24,930 bases of DNA, from assembly GCA_049472355.1 (NCBI GenBank), contig JBLIRP010000061.1, forward strand, positions 1-24,930, written 5' to 3'. The stretch's first letter is position 1. Each line of letters opens with the position of its first letter. A program made the position numbers and the translations under genes. Of this stretch, positions 1 to 9,340 are shown piece by piece. Under the pieces are notes generated by a model that was given only the letters and a program-made list of their open reading frames with translations, searched no databases and was not told the origin of the DNA. The DNA is from a bacterium (GTDB lineage Bacteria; SZUA-182; DTGQ01; JAFGSM01).

Positions 1-78
1 GACGAGGTGAAGAAATGTGTTGAATGCCTGGAAAAGGAAGCCCAGGTGATCATCGAAAAGCTAATGCGTTGTGGTTGA
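1..78 (+). CDS. 3' end of an unidentified CDS (partial)
   Basis: Frame 1 is open from base 1: DEVKKCVECLEKEAQVIIEKLMRCG, then TGA at 76-78. It looks helical and protein-like but is too short to assign. Confidence 0.5.
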   Translation, partial: DEVKKCVECLEKEAQVIIEKLMRCG

Positions 79-169
79 TATTGCACATGGGCTTGAGAGT
101 GTACTGGATCGGGGTGCTTTAGCATTTTCTCCATTGGTTTTGGCTTATCGATGAAATGATGGGGGCCTT

Positions 170-511
170 TCATTCACCCAGAAGCACTCTTAGAGTTTCT
201 TGCAGATTATGTCTATCTTTTTCCCCGAGCCTTCCAAGCTTTTTGAGGACAAGCCCTTTCTCTACAGTGGTAAAAATCGGCTTGATAACAGAGGGCTTAA
301 GAAGGCCGGCCTGTTTCCATTGCATGACAGTGACTTCACCAAAAGAGGCTGAGGGTCTAATCTGGCTGGTCGCAGCCATGAGGATAAGGTCGGGGCGCTC
401 CCGGTGATAAGCACTGGAACTGATAACAATGGCAGGGCGCTTTTTGCTCTTCGATTGATCTGTAAAAGGAAATGGGACGAGAACGGCATCCCCAAAGTCA
501 TAATTGATCAT
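170..511 (-). CDS. PemK/MazF family type II toxin (endoribonuclease)
   Basis: GDAVLVPFPFTDQSKSKKRPAIVIS and AGLLKPSVIK are typical PemK/MazF motifs. Start is ATG at 511 (MINYDFG) or 523, overlapping the upstream antitoxin stop. Confidence 0.9.
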   Translation of the reverse strand: MINYDFGDAVLVPFPFTDQSKSKKRPAIVISSSAYHRERPDLILMAATSQIRPSASFGEVTVMQWKQAGLLKPSVIKPIFTTVEKGLVLKKLGRLGEKDRHNLQETLRVLLGE

Positions 512-725
512 AGTCTGCGTCATCAGGGTTATCCCATACCTCACGGAAGGCATTTTCGGAAAGCTTGGTGGCTGCCTGGGTCAAACGCCGATCTCCATCA
601 CGCTGGCGTAAGAAGTCTACGAAGTCTTCCACCTGAGCGACTCTTTCAGGGGGCAGATTGGAGATCTTCTCGATGAGACTTTGCTTTTGCTGAATAGTGA
701 TTTTCATATTCTGTTTTATATTCAT
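498..725 (-). CDS. Putative antitoxin (DUF2281-like) of the MazF toxin
   Basis: LIEKISNLPPERVAQVEDFVDFL with an acidic tail (EVWDNPDDADYDQL). GGAG lies 6 nt before ATG 725. Overlaps the toxin start in antitoxin-toxin order. Confidence 0.8.
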   Translation of the reverse strand: MNIKQNMKITIQQKQSLIEKISNLPPERVAQVEDFVDFLRQRDGDRRLTQAATKLSENAFREVWDNPDDADYDQL

Positions 726-912
726 GATACACTCCATTATTAATCAATCAGAGGATGTCAATTGTCAATTTGAATAGGCCTTTATGCTGATCCACACACT
801 TTTTTTAATTGTAGTATCTTTTGTCTAATATGTAAAGAAGGGAGGACTGCAGGGGATGGTTCAAAATATAGATGATACGGGGTCTTGAGGGTAGGGAATT
901 TACATAATCCTT

Positions 913-3720
913 CTATTGAGGTTCCTTACCCTTTGCAGTGAGGAGGGCGACAGGGAAGCGGGTGAGGATGGCGCCAATGGGGATCGACCCCTGGTGGCTG
1001 ATTTTTTCGCCAGTGAGGGCATTGTTCCAGGTGGATGGGGCGCCCTCGGGCATGAGCAGGCGGGTGTCCTGCCAGACCTCCTCGCCGAAGGGGTACTGCC
1101 CCTCCTTTATGATGGAGGTGAGGAACCGGGGCGCCACGCTGATTGTCCAGTTGCTCTGGTGATTTCGTGCAAAGGCGATCACGCTTTCCGCGTGTGCGCC
1201 TTCCGCCCTGAGGGGGATGTAGGCCCCGTGCTGGAACGTATCGAGAAGCTTCTTTCGGGCCTTGAGGCAGCGGTGGATGAGAAAGAGCTTGATCCTGCCG
1301 TCCTCCCTGGTCTCCAGCACTTCATCGACAAGGCCGGGGAGGTCCCGGGCCTCCCGCGCACTGATGTCCTTGAGGATGTGCATCCGTTTTTTGAAATCAA
1401 TGGGCCTGCGGTTGTCCGGATCAACCAGGGTGAGGTCCCACAGTTCGGTCCCCTGGTAGAAGTCGGGCACCCCCGGGCTCGTGATCTTGAGGAGGGTCTG
1501 GGAGAGGGAGTTGAAGATTCCATAGAAGGCGACCTTCCTCTGGAAGGGGAGAAACTCCTTTAGAAAGAGGTTGTCATCCGCGGGGCTCAGGAGCCCTTCC
1601 ACGAAACCGGTGCAGGCATCCTCGTATTCGGTGTCGGGCTTGATCCATGCGGTGTGGCGCTTCGCCTCCCGGACCGCCTTGATCATATACTCCTTGAGGC
1701 GCTTTGTGAGGCTTTCCATGTCAGGATCGCCGAAGGGGAGCACCCCGAGAAGGGTCTGATAGAGGAAGTATTCGTCGTTTTCGTCCGGCATGGGCACGTC
1801 GTTCCCCCTCTTTTTCTTCCTCCTGTTGATTCGGGCCCAGTGCTTCAGATGGGTCTCCCACTCGAAGGGGATCTCGGAGAGCACGTTGATCCGGGCCCTC
1901 ACGTCCTCACCCCTTTTTGTGTCGTGGGTCGAGGTGGCGTTCATGGAGTGGGGGAGGGTGGTGGCCCGGTAGGTGTTGAACCCGTGGAATTCCTCGGCAG
2001 TCATCCCGAATCGCTGGGGGTCCCCGCCCACCTCGTTCAGGGAGATGAGCCGGTTGTAGATGTACAGGACCGTGTCCTCGAATCCCTTGGCCATCAAGGG
2101 GCCGGTGAACTGCTGGAAGCGCATGATGAAGTCCATCAGGTGCCCCCTTTCCTCCTCGGTGAGGTGGTCGGAAAAATCCAAGGAAAAGAATTTCTCGATA
2201 TAATTCATCTCGTAGAAAAGGTCGGGGTTTCGCCTTCGGGCGTCGTGAATCGCCTTCTCGATGTGCGCCTTGTCCGATTCGGTGAATGAGCGCTGGTTGA
2301 TGTAGGAGCGGTAGACCGGGAAGAAGCTCATCACCTCCACGAGCGCCCTTTTCAGTGCATAGAGGGTGATATCCCTCCCATACCGGTCCCTTCCCGCGAT
2401 CCTCTTCATGATGTGGGCGAGGTTGTCGATGTTTCCCGCCATGTGCTTTCCGATGATGAGCCGCTTTTTCTCGCTCACCAGTTCCTGATACGAGGTCTTG
2501 AGGCCGGTGAACCCGTAGTATATCTTGATGAACGCCCGCTGGTTATCTTGTTTGCAGAAGATCCCGTTCACCTGGTTCGTGAAGTCGTACCCGGTGGTGC
2601 CCTGCACCGGCCAGGAGGGGGGAACCGTTTCATCGACATCCAGGATCTTCTCCACCACGAGGTAGAGGTGGTTTGCCTGCTCCCTGATCCTCTCCAGGTA
2701 GGTTGCCGGGTCGCACAGCCCGTCGATATGGTCGATGCGAAGACCGTCGAATGTCCGCTCGCGTACGAGCCTGAAGATCAGCTCGTGGGTGTGGGAAAAG
2801 ACGGCCTCGTCCTCCACCCTCAGTGAAATGAGCGCATTGATATTGAAGAACCTCCGGTAATTGATCTCCTCGGCCGCCACCTTCCAGAACGAGAGCCGAT
2901 AGGGCTGTTCTGCAAGGAGGTCATCGAGAAGGGTGAAGCTTTCCGGCTTGCCCTTTTCCCCGTTGAAGAGCCTGATATTTGCATCCATGAACCCCCTGAT
3001 CGCCTGGTTCCCGGTGTAGAGCTCCCACAGCATCCCCTTTGCGTGTCCCACCTGGTCGTACTCGGGGTTTGTCTGCGGGAGGGAGGCGAGGGATTCGAGG
3101 AGGTGGAGGGAGCCGAGCAGCCTCAAGAGATCGGGATCGCCCTTGCCGATGTTTGCCTCGAGCCCTTCGATGTTGTGAGCGAACACCCGGGCATACGATT
3201 CGAGTCTCAGGGGGAGCCGGAGGGAGTAGTAGGTGACGCCCAGTCCGATTTCGTCATACCGTAGCTGGATCTCCGCATCCTCCAAAGATTCGGCGTAGAA
3301 TTTCCCCAGAAAGGGGGCGAGGACCCTCCCCTTGAGGCTGTCGTAGAAATGGTTCCAGTTGATGTCGAAGAAATGGTAAAAGGGTGAGATCTCCCTGTTC
3401 TCGAGGACATCCATGAGCATCTCGTTCTGGCTGTCATAGGCCATGTGGTTGGGCACGATGTCCTGAAGCCACCACATGCTGTTTTTCTTGACCTCGGCAA
3501 CGAGGGATTCGAATGCCGCGTGATCTCCCAGTTCGGGATTCAACCGGTTGGGGTCCACCACGTCATACCCGTGCATGCTCCCCGCCCTCACCTTGAATAC
3601 AGGGGATGCATAGAGATCGGAGATGCCCAGCGCCGCAAGGTAGGGGATGATCTTTTTTCCCTCCCGAAAACCGAAGGAGGGGTTGAACTGGACCCGGTAG
3701 GTGGCGGTGGGGATGTGCAT
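913..3720 (-). CDS. treY: Malto-oligosyltrehalose synthase (GH13)
   Basis: N-terminus MHIPTATYRVQF, plus GSMHGYDVVD, DIVPNHM, INYRRFF, GLRIDHIDGL, VEKIL, STHDTKRGEDVRAR and LVDPDNRRP. ATG at 3720 overlaps the upstream stop (TGATG). Confidence 0.95.
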   Translation of the reverse strand: MHIPTATYRVQFNPSFGFREGKKIIPYLAALGISDLYASPVFKVRAGSMHGYDVVDPNRLNPELGDHAAFESLVAEVKKNSMWWLQDIVPNHMAYDSQNEMLMDVLENREISPFYHFFDINWNHFYDSLKGRVLAPFLGKFYAESLEDAEIQLRYDEIGLGVTYYSLRLPLRLESYARVFAHNIEGLEANIGKGDPDLLRLLGSLHLLESLASLPQTNPEYDQVGHAKGMLWELYTGNQAIRGFMDANIRLFNGEKGKPESFTLLDDLLAEQPYRLSFWKVAAEEINYRRFFNINALISLRVEDEAVFSHTHELIFRLVRERTFDGLRIDHIDGLCDPATYLERIREQANHLYLVVEKILDVDETVPPSWPVQGTTGYDFTNQVNGIFCKQDNQRAFIKIYYGFTGLKTSYQELVSEKKRLIIGKHMAGNIDNLAHIMKRIAGRDRYGRDITLYALKRALVEVMSFFPVYRSYINQRSFTESDKAHIEKAIHDARRRNPDLFYEMNYIEKFFSLDFSDHLTEEERGHLMDFIMRFQQFTGPLMAKGFEDTVLYIYNRLISLNEVGGDPQRFGMTAEEFHGFNTYRATTLPHSMNATSTHDTKRGEDVRARINVLSEIPFEWETHLKHWARINRRKKKRGNDVPMPDENDEYFLYQTLLGVLPFGDPDMESLTKRLKEYMIKAVREAKRHTAWIKPDTEYEDACTGFVEGLLSPADDNLFLKEFLPFQRKVAFYGIFNSLSQTLLKITSPGVPDFYQGTELWDLTLVDPDNRRPIDFKKRMHILKDISAREARDLPGLVDEVLETREDGRIKLFLIHRCLKARKKLLDTFQHGAYIPLRAEGAHAESVIAFARNHQSNWTISVAPRFLTSIIKEGQYPFGEEVWQDTRLLMPEGAPSTWNNALTGEKISHQGSIPIGAILTRFPVALLTAKGKEPQ

Positions 3721-6143
3721 CAGAGGATCCTCACCCCCAGGTGGTCCCCCAGCTTTCTGAAATGCCCCACCCACGTCCTTGCATCCTCCGCATCCCCTGC
3801 CGCCTTTTCCTCCATCTCGGCAAGGAGGCTTTTGCCTGCGGAGAAGTAGATATTCTGCGCCTTCCACATGTTGAGGTGCAGGGAAAGCGGCTTGAGGACC
3901 CCCAGCAGGGATTCGACCGATTCAAGGTACGAGGGATCCTGCGGGTTACGTTCGAATTCCTCCATCACTGCATTAACCCGGTTGCTTACCAGGAAACCGA
4001 GGGTCGTTTTGTCGACACTGAATCCCTCCGCCCGGACCTTTTCCACCGTTTTCCGGATTTGTTGCAGATCGAGGATTTCCTCCTGCAGGGCATCCAGCAG
4101 GTCGGAGGTGATGATGAACTCCTCCGTGAGGGCGAGCACCTTCGGAAGGGGGATGTGCAGGTTCCGCATCACCTGGATGATGGAGTAGTGGTGTTCGTTG
4201 ATCTGCCGCAGGGACCCCTCCACCTCCCGCAGGGTTTCGTGGAGGATCTGTCGGAGGACCCGCCGCTGCTCGTCCTTGAACAGGTGCCATAGCGAGCAGG
4301 TGCTGGTGTCGAAATATCGTTCGATGGATCGGATGGTCTCCGCGATGTCGCCCCGTGCAAATGCCTCCTTGATCTCCCGGTGCATGGAGCCGAAGGATTC
4401 CTCTCCCATGAATGTGCGGACCCCCCCCACCAGGTTGTGATCCCCAAGGTGCACCACGGCGAAGCTGATCAGGCTCTCCTCCACGGTGACAATGGAGCGG
4501 ACCGCTGCCTTTCCTATGGCCAGCTTCTGCTTGCCCGCAGCCTCCTGCTCGTAGGTCTCGTTTCGTATGGTATAGGTGTAGACCTCTCTGGTATCGGAAT
4601 ACTCCTCAAACAGTGATGACACGGCATGGTGCACCCCCACCCGCACCAGGTCGAGGACCATGGGCCGGACTAATTCCTTGTAGATGCGCCCGCCGTTGTG
4701 GTGTTCAGGGATGTTGCTCTCCGCACGCTCAAGGAGCCTGATGTAGGTCGCCTCCAGGGAGAGGCCGCTCACCTCCTGCGCGAGCTGCATGGCCCGGGCG
4801 GCGAACTGCATGACCTGGACCGATTCGGCGCCGGATATATCGTCAAAGAACCATCCGCAGCTTGTATACATCAGCATGGCGTGCCGCTGCATCTCGAGGA
4901 GCTTCAGGCAGGTCACCTGTTCCTCTGCGATCAACTCCCTGGTGGCGTGCTGATTGAGGAAACGTTCCATCCCTTCGGGGGAGCGGTCACGAATGACCGC
5001 GATGTAGTCATCACGCGCCTGCCACGGGTCCTTTATCATGCGGGAGATCTGGTCTTCATACACATGGACGAGGTTGTCCCTCAGCCAGTCCATGGCCCCC
5101 CTCAGTGTGGAACGCCACTGCCGGTTCCATCCCGGATGGTTCCCGGCTGCGCACCCGCAGTCGTTTCTCCACCGCTCCACCCCATGCACGCAGCTCCACG
5201 AGGAGTTTTCAAAAATTTCCACCTCGTGGGCGGGGGGGTGGTGTTCCAGGTATTCACCGAACACGGTGATCCGAGCGAGATTCTTGGAGGCAAGGTGATA
5301 GAGGCAGTAGGCGAGGGCCATGTCCCCCAGGTGGTAATGGTGGCCGTAGGTTTCCCCGGCGGTCGCCACGTGCACGAGCTGAGGTGACGGCTGGTCGGAG
5401 AAGCCGCTCAGCAGCCGGCGGGCAAAATGCTCCCCGTTTTTGAGAATGTCCTTAAAGGCAATGTCCCTGGATATGGGACCGTCATAGAAAAACAGGACGA
5501 TGTCCCTGCCTGAAGGCAGGCGGCACACATACGGCATCTTGGGGTCGATGCGCGCTCCGCTCACCTCGTTCCACTGTGCCTCGCCGATCCTCCTCACCTG
5601 CCGGGCCTGGCGAGGTGCAAGGATCGAGAAGGCGATGCCCTGCTCCGCCATGATATCGAGTGATTCGAGGTCTACCGCCGTCTCCGGAAGCCACATGCCC
5701 TCCGGTGTTCTGCCGAAGCGTGATTCGAAGTCCCTGACCCCCCAGATGACCTGGGTCCGCTTGTCCCGCTCGTTTGCAAGGGGCATGATCATGTGATTGT
5801 AGCAATGCGCAATGGCGGTGCCGTGCCCTGAAAAGGTGTCCCGGCTCATGGTGTCCGCCTCCAGGATCGCCCGGTAGATGCCCGGCTCGTTTCTCTCCAG
5901 CCAGGTGAGCAGGGTGGGGCCGAAATCGAAGCTTATCCTGGAATAGTTGTTGACGATGTCGATGATCTTCCGATCCTGGCCCAGGATGCGGGAGGCGGTG
6001 TTCGGGCCGTAGCACTCCGCAGTGATTTTTTTGTTCCAGTCATGGTAGGGATAGGCGGAATCCTGGAGCTCCACCTCCTCGAGCCAGGGGTTCTCCCTGG
6101 GCATCTGGTAGAAATGACCGTGGATGCAGATATGCCGGTCCAT
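3720..6143 (-). CDS. Glycoside hydrolase family 57 / DUF3536 protein; predicted catalytic Asp position is Ala
   Basis: IHGHFYQ.PRENPW, GMWLPETAVD, SWSCVHGVERW and MYTSCGWFFDDISG motifs. ATG at 6143 is 2 nt after the treZ stop. Confidence 0.9.
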   Translation of the reverse strand: MDRHICIHGHFYQMPRENPWLEEVELQDSAYPYHDWNKKITAECYGPNTASRILGQDRKIIDIVNNYSRISFDFGPTLLTWLERNEPGIYRAILEADTMSRDTFSGHGTAIAHCYNHMIMPLANERDKRTQVIWGVRDFESRFGRTPEGMWLPETAVDLESLDIMAEQGIAFSILAPRQARQVRRIGEAQWNEVSGARIDPKMPYVCRLPSGRDIVLFFYDGPISRDIAFKDILKNGEHFARRLLSGFSDQPSPQLVHVATAGETYGHHYHLGDMALAYCLYHLASKNLARITVFGEYLEHHPPAHEVEIFENSSWSCVHGVERWRNDCGCAAGNHPGWNRQWRSTLRGAMDWLRDNLVHVYEDQISRMIKDPWQARDDYIAVIRDRSPEGMERFLNQHATRELIAEEQVTCLKLLEMQRHAMLMYTSCGWFFDDISGAESVQVMQFAARAMQLAQEVSGLSLEATYIRLLERAESNIPEHHNGGRIYKELVRPMVLDLVRVGVHHAVSSLFEEYSDTREVYTYTIRNETYEQEAAGKQKLAIGKAAVRSIVTVEESLISFAVVHLGDHNLVGGVRTFMGEESFGSMHREIKEAFARGDIAETIRSIERYFDTSTCSLWHLFKDEQRRVLRQILHETLREVEGSLRQINEHHYSIIQVMRNLHIPLPKVLALTEEFIITSDLLDALQEEILDLQQIRKTVEKVRAEGFSVDKTTLGFLVSNRVNAVMEEFERNPQDPSYLESVESLLGVLKPLSLHLNMWKAQNIYFSAGKSLLAEMEEKAAGDAEDARTWVGHFRKLGDHLGVRIL

Positions 6144-6145
6144 GC

Positions 6146-7990
6146 TCAGGTCTCCCCCGCATATATGACAAAGCAGAACGGCCCGGCAGTGATTTCGCAC
6201 CCCTTGGCGATATGATCGGGCATCGATACCCCCGGTCCCATCCATTGCTCCTCCGTGGAGTCGAGGAGCTTTTTCCATGTGCCCTTCAGGGAATCCAGGC
6301 GCACTGAGGTTTCCCTGTCCTCGATATTGACCAGGGCGAGGATATGATCCTTTTCATGCCGGCGGATGAGTTGGACGAGGTTGCTCCCCTCGATCCGCCG
6401 GATGCTCAGCGCGTCCTTGTCCAGGCGGGAGAGGGCGGGGGACTTCTTTCTCAGCCGGATCAACGCCGCATAGAAGGCACGAAGGGCCCGGTGTTTTCCC
6501 TGGGTGCGTTTCTCCCAGCAAAGCCTCGACCGCAGGAAGGTGTCCTGCTCCTGGGGATCGGGGGGCTCCCCCTTCCAGCAGAAGGATGCAAACTCCCTTT
6601 TCCGCCCTTCGCGCACCGCCTTGATGAGTGCTTCGTCGGAGTGATCGATGAAGTAGAGGAAGGGGGACTCCTCGCCATACTCCTCCCCCATGAACAGAAG
6701 GGGTATATACGGGGAGAGGAGGAGGATCCCTGCCGCGCACTTCAGGGCCTCGAAGGACACGAGCTGCGCGAGTCGCTCCCCGAGCATCCTGTTTCCCACC
6801 TGGTCGTGGTTCTGGATGAAGGCCACGAAACGGTTGCCGGGGATATCCCCGGAGGGGCTTCCGTGGTGCCGCTTCCGGTATGCCGAATAATCCCAGGAGT
6901 AGACGAACCCCTCACGATATGCCTTGACGAGGTGGTCGACCTTCCCGAAATCTGCGTAGTATCCCTCCCTTTCACCGGTAAGGAGGGTGTGCACCGCATG
7001 GTGGAAGTCGTCGTTCCACTGCGCATCGATGGCGTATCCCCCCTCATTCCGTTTCCGTACCACGCGCACATCGTTGAGGTCGCTCTCCGCCATGAGATGG
7101 AATTCCCTTCCCTGTGCGCGGGAGAACTCCTCCACCCGCTCGGCAAGCTCTGCAAGGATGTGCTTGGCACCCGTATCGAAGATGCCGTGTACGGCATCGA
7201 GCCTCAATGCATCGATATGGTAGTGCTCGCACCAGTGCAGGGCGTTCCGGATAAAGAACTCCCTTACCTCGTCACTCCAGGCATCGTCGAAATTGATCGC
7301 CTTGCCCCAGGGGGTGTTGTATTTTCCGGTAAAATAAGGCCCGAACTCGTGGGTGTAGTTCCCCTCCGGACCGAGGTGGTTGTAAACCACATCCAATATT
7401 ACGGCAAACCCGCGTGCATGGCAGGTGTTCACCAGCCTCCTCAATCCCTCGGGACCCCCATAGGAGTGTTGCGCGGCAAAGGGGTACACCCCATCGTACC
7501 CCCAGTTCCGCTCCCCGGGAAACTGGGCCACCGGCATGATTTCAACGGCGTTCACCCCGAGGTCCGCCAGGTCGTCGAGCCGTTCGATCACCGCATCGAA
7601 GGTGCCCTGTGGGGTGAAGGTGCCCACGTGAAGCTCGTATATCAGCATGGCTTCAAGTGGTATACCCTGCCACTCATGGTCCTCCCAGCGGAAGGCGCCA
7701 TGGTCCACGACCACGGAGGGGCCGTGGACACCCTCCGGCTGGAAGTGGGATGCCGGGTCAGGCCTTCGGGGGCCGTCATCCAGCCGGTAGAAATAGCGGG
7801 TCCCCGGACGGACATCCGGCACCGTGCAGTGCCAGTATCCCTTCTCCAGCCCGGCAAGGGGAATCGAGCGTTCCCGAGGGTGCACGATATCCACATGCAC
7901 CTCGCGCGCAAAGGGCGCCCAGAGGAGGAACGAGCACTCCCCATTGCCATGGCAGCATGCGCCGATTATTTTGTCTGATTGAGATTTCAT
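6146..7990 (-). CDS. treZ: Malto-oligosyltrehalose trehalohydrolase (GH13)
   Basis: DPASHFQPEGVHGPS, YELHVGTFT, NWGYDGV, DVVYNHLGPEGNY, LRLDAVH, AESD, QWNDDFHH and QNHDQVGNR motifs. Probable start is ATG at 7990. Confidence 0.95.
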   Translation of the reverse strand: MKSQSDKIIGACCHGNGECSFLLWAPFAREVHVDIVHPRERSIPLAGLEKGYWHCTVPDVRPGTRYFYRLDDGPRRPDPASHFQPEGVHGPSVVVDHGAFRWEDHEWQGIPLEAMLIYELHVGTFTPQGTFDAVIERLDDLADLGVNAVEIMPVAQFPGERNWGYDGVYPFAAQHSYGGPEGLRRLVNTCHARGFAVILDVVYNHLGPEGNYTHEFGPYFTGKYNTPWGKAINFDDAWSDEVREFFIRNALHWCEHYHIDALRLDAVHGIFDTGAKHILAELAERVEEFSRAQGREFHLMAESDLNDVRVVRKRNEGGYAIDAQWNDDFHHAVHTLLTGEREGYYADFGKVDHLVKAYREGFVYSWDYSAYRKRHHGSPSGDIPGNRFVAFIQNHDQVGNRMLGERLAQLVSFEALKCAAGILLLSPYIPLLFMGEEYGEESPFLYFIDHSDEALIKAVREGRKREFASFCWKGEPPDPQEQDTFLRSRLCWEKRTQGKHRALRAFYAALIRLRKKSPALSRLDKDALSIRRIEGSNLVQLIRRHEKDHILALVNIEDRETSVRLDSLKGTWKKLLDSTEEQWMGPGVSMPDHIAKGCEITAGPFCFVIYAGET

Positions 7991-8112
7991 TGATCCCTGC
8001 CTATTAAAGGGCTCTGATTCTCCATGGGTGCAGGCGATTCTCTTCGAATCCGGTTTCTCTCGATCCGGTTTTGACGATTTCCTGAAGGGCCGTTGATCCA
8101 CCACGCACTATC

Positions 8113-8202
8113 TTTAATCTCTGAGGGTTTAATTCCGCGCCCCTTGGGGCGAGCCACAAAATTCGTTTTAATACCCCGCTGCTTGCGGCGGGGTAGTTTA
8201 TT
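8113..8202. mobile_element. Short non-coding double-hairpin element resembling IS200/IS605 ends (MITE/REP-like)
   Basis: Hairpins CGCCCC-TT-GGGGCG (8138-8151) and TACCCCGCTGC-TT-GCGGCGGGGTA (8172-8195). TTTAAT occurs at 8113, 8128 and 8167. No transposase is present. Confidence 0.5.
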
Positions 8203-8448
8203 GAGGCTATCACTTTTTGCCATGCAAAGGCAATGTCTGTTCGCGCTCATGTCAGCGCTCATGCCCTTTCTATATTGATCGGAACTTCAGCATGGGAGGT
8301 CCCTTGTTTCAGTTACGGATTTTTGAGTGGTTTCAGATTTGTCACGTTGAGCACCAGGATCAAGAAAGGATACTGGAAAGGCTGTTGGCATGGATCAAGA
8401 TAAGAGAAGGATAAGCGGGAGGGCCATAGAGCAATTTCCTGATATATA

Positions 8449-8477
8449 TTGACAAAACAGGTGGCCCACGATAACAT
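8449..8477 (+). promoter_or_regulatory. Sigma70-type promoter of the BrnT/antitoxin operon
   Basis: TTGACA (8449-8454), 17 nt spacer, TAACAT (8472-8477). Confidence 0.6.
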
Positions 8478-8530
8478 TTTTATAGATGATCAACAGATAT
8501 CGGACCAATTATCATGCGTAGGGGTCTTCT

Positions 8531-8821
8531 CTGACAATTATCATTGACGATATAATTTGGCTGGATACCATTATAGAAAAACTTGCATGGAAACACGGTA
8601 TCCTTCCATATGAGGTTGACGAGGTATTATCAGGTAAGAGCAGGATATTTAAGAGAGAAAGTGGCACAATCGAAGGGGAAGATTTATATAATGCACTCGG
8701 GAGAACAAAGGCCGGACGTTACATTTCGGTATTTTTTATTAGGAAGCTTGGGAATAAGGCCTTAATCATAACAGCAAGGGATATGAACCAGCGGGAGCGA
8801 AGGCGTTATGAAAAAAAGTAA
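8531..8821 (+). CDS. BrnT (DUF497) family toxin, 96 aa, non-canonical start; absent from the ORF track
   Basis: Manual translation: (L/M)TIIIDDIIWLDTIIEKLAWKHGILPYEVDEVLSGKSRIFKRESGTIEGEDLYNALGRTKAGRYISVFFIRKLGNKALIITARDMNQRERRRYEKK*. KHG, GRT..GR and ITARDM...ERRRY are BrnT hallmarks. In-frame TAG at 8519, AGGGG at 8520-8524, CTG at 8531. Confidence 0.85.
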   Translation: MTIIIDDIIWLDTIIEKLAWKHGILPYEVDEVLSGKSRIFKRESGTIEGEDLYNALGRTKAGRYISVFFIRKLGNKALIITARDMNQRERRRYEKK

Positions 8822-9047
8822 ACATCAGGAAATGACTATATCGGAAGCAAGCGATTTTTTTGATGAACATGATATATTTGAGTTCAATGATGTAAGAGAA
8901 GTGAAAGATATAGACTTTAAAATACCAAAAAAGAGATACATCGGGTTGGATATGGAGTTATTTCAGAAGATACGGAATAAGGCAAAGAAACTTCATAAAA
9001 GTGAGGAATCGCTGATAAAAGAGTGGCTGACGGAAAAGGTTGGATGA
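8808..9047 (+). CDS. CopG/BrnA-like antitoxin
   Basis: Acidic N-terminus (EASDFFDEHD) and RHH-like C-terminus (YIGLDMELFQKIRNKAKK..SEESLIKEWL). Start overlaps the toxin 3' end by 14 nt. Confidence 0.85.
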   Translation: MKKSKHQEMTISEASDFFDEHDIFEFNDVREVKDIDFKIPKKRYIGLDMELFQKIRNKAKKLHKSEESLIKEWLTEKVG

Positions 9048-9340
9048 TTTTTCGCATGTTTTTGAAGTCAACCGGCTCTCATTACCGAATTGTCTGCGCG
9101 AAATGAGGATTGTCGCTATCACCAATGTTCCGCTTGAATTTTTATCTCCACAAAAATGGAAGTCCAATCTATTGCCTAGTATCTGTCATCGAAGCAGATT
9201 CCAACATCATCGAGAGGACAGCGGCGGTGAGGCGTCCACATCCTCTACCTTGAAAGACTCCCTGCAACAGATTTCTTTGGCAAGGAGTGATTGCAGGATG
9301 AGCACATCAAGGGGGGATGGTCCGGGGAAGCACATCGATC

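Noticed and set aside
756..768. Tandem TTGACA upstream of the MazF operon
   Set aside because: Neither copy has a good -10 at 16-18 nt, so a promoter or operator cannot be assigned.
6344..7978. 544-aa plus-strand ORF, and similar antisense ORFs over treY, GH57, LOG, nadE and the helicase
   Set aside because: These are shadow frames of well-supported GC-rich genes and show no recognisable motifs.
7987..8262. 91-aa ORF whose stop overlaps the treZ ATG
   Set aside because: It reads through the palindromic element (LPRRKQRGI, PKGRGIKP) and has no protein-like features.
9048..9340. 107-aa ORF and imperfect inverted repeats (CCTGCAA..TTGCAGG) between convergent genes
   Set aside because: No motif or RBS support, and the stems are short with long loops and no U-tract.
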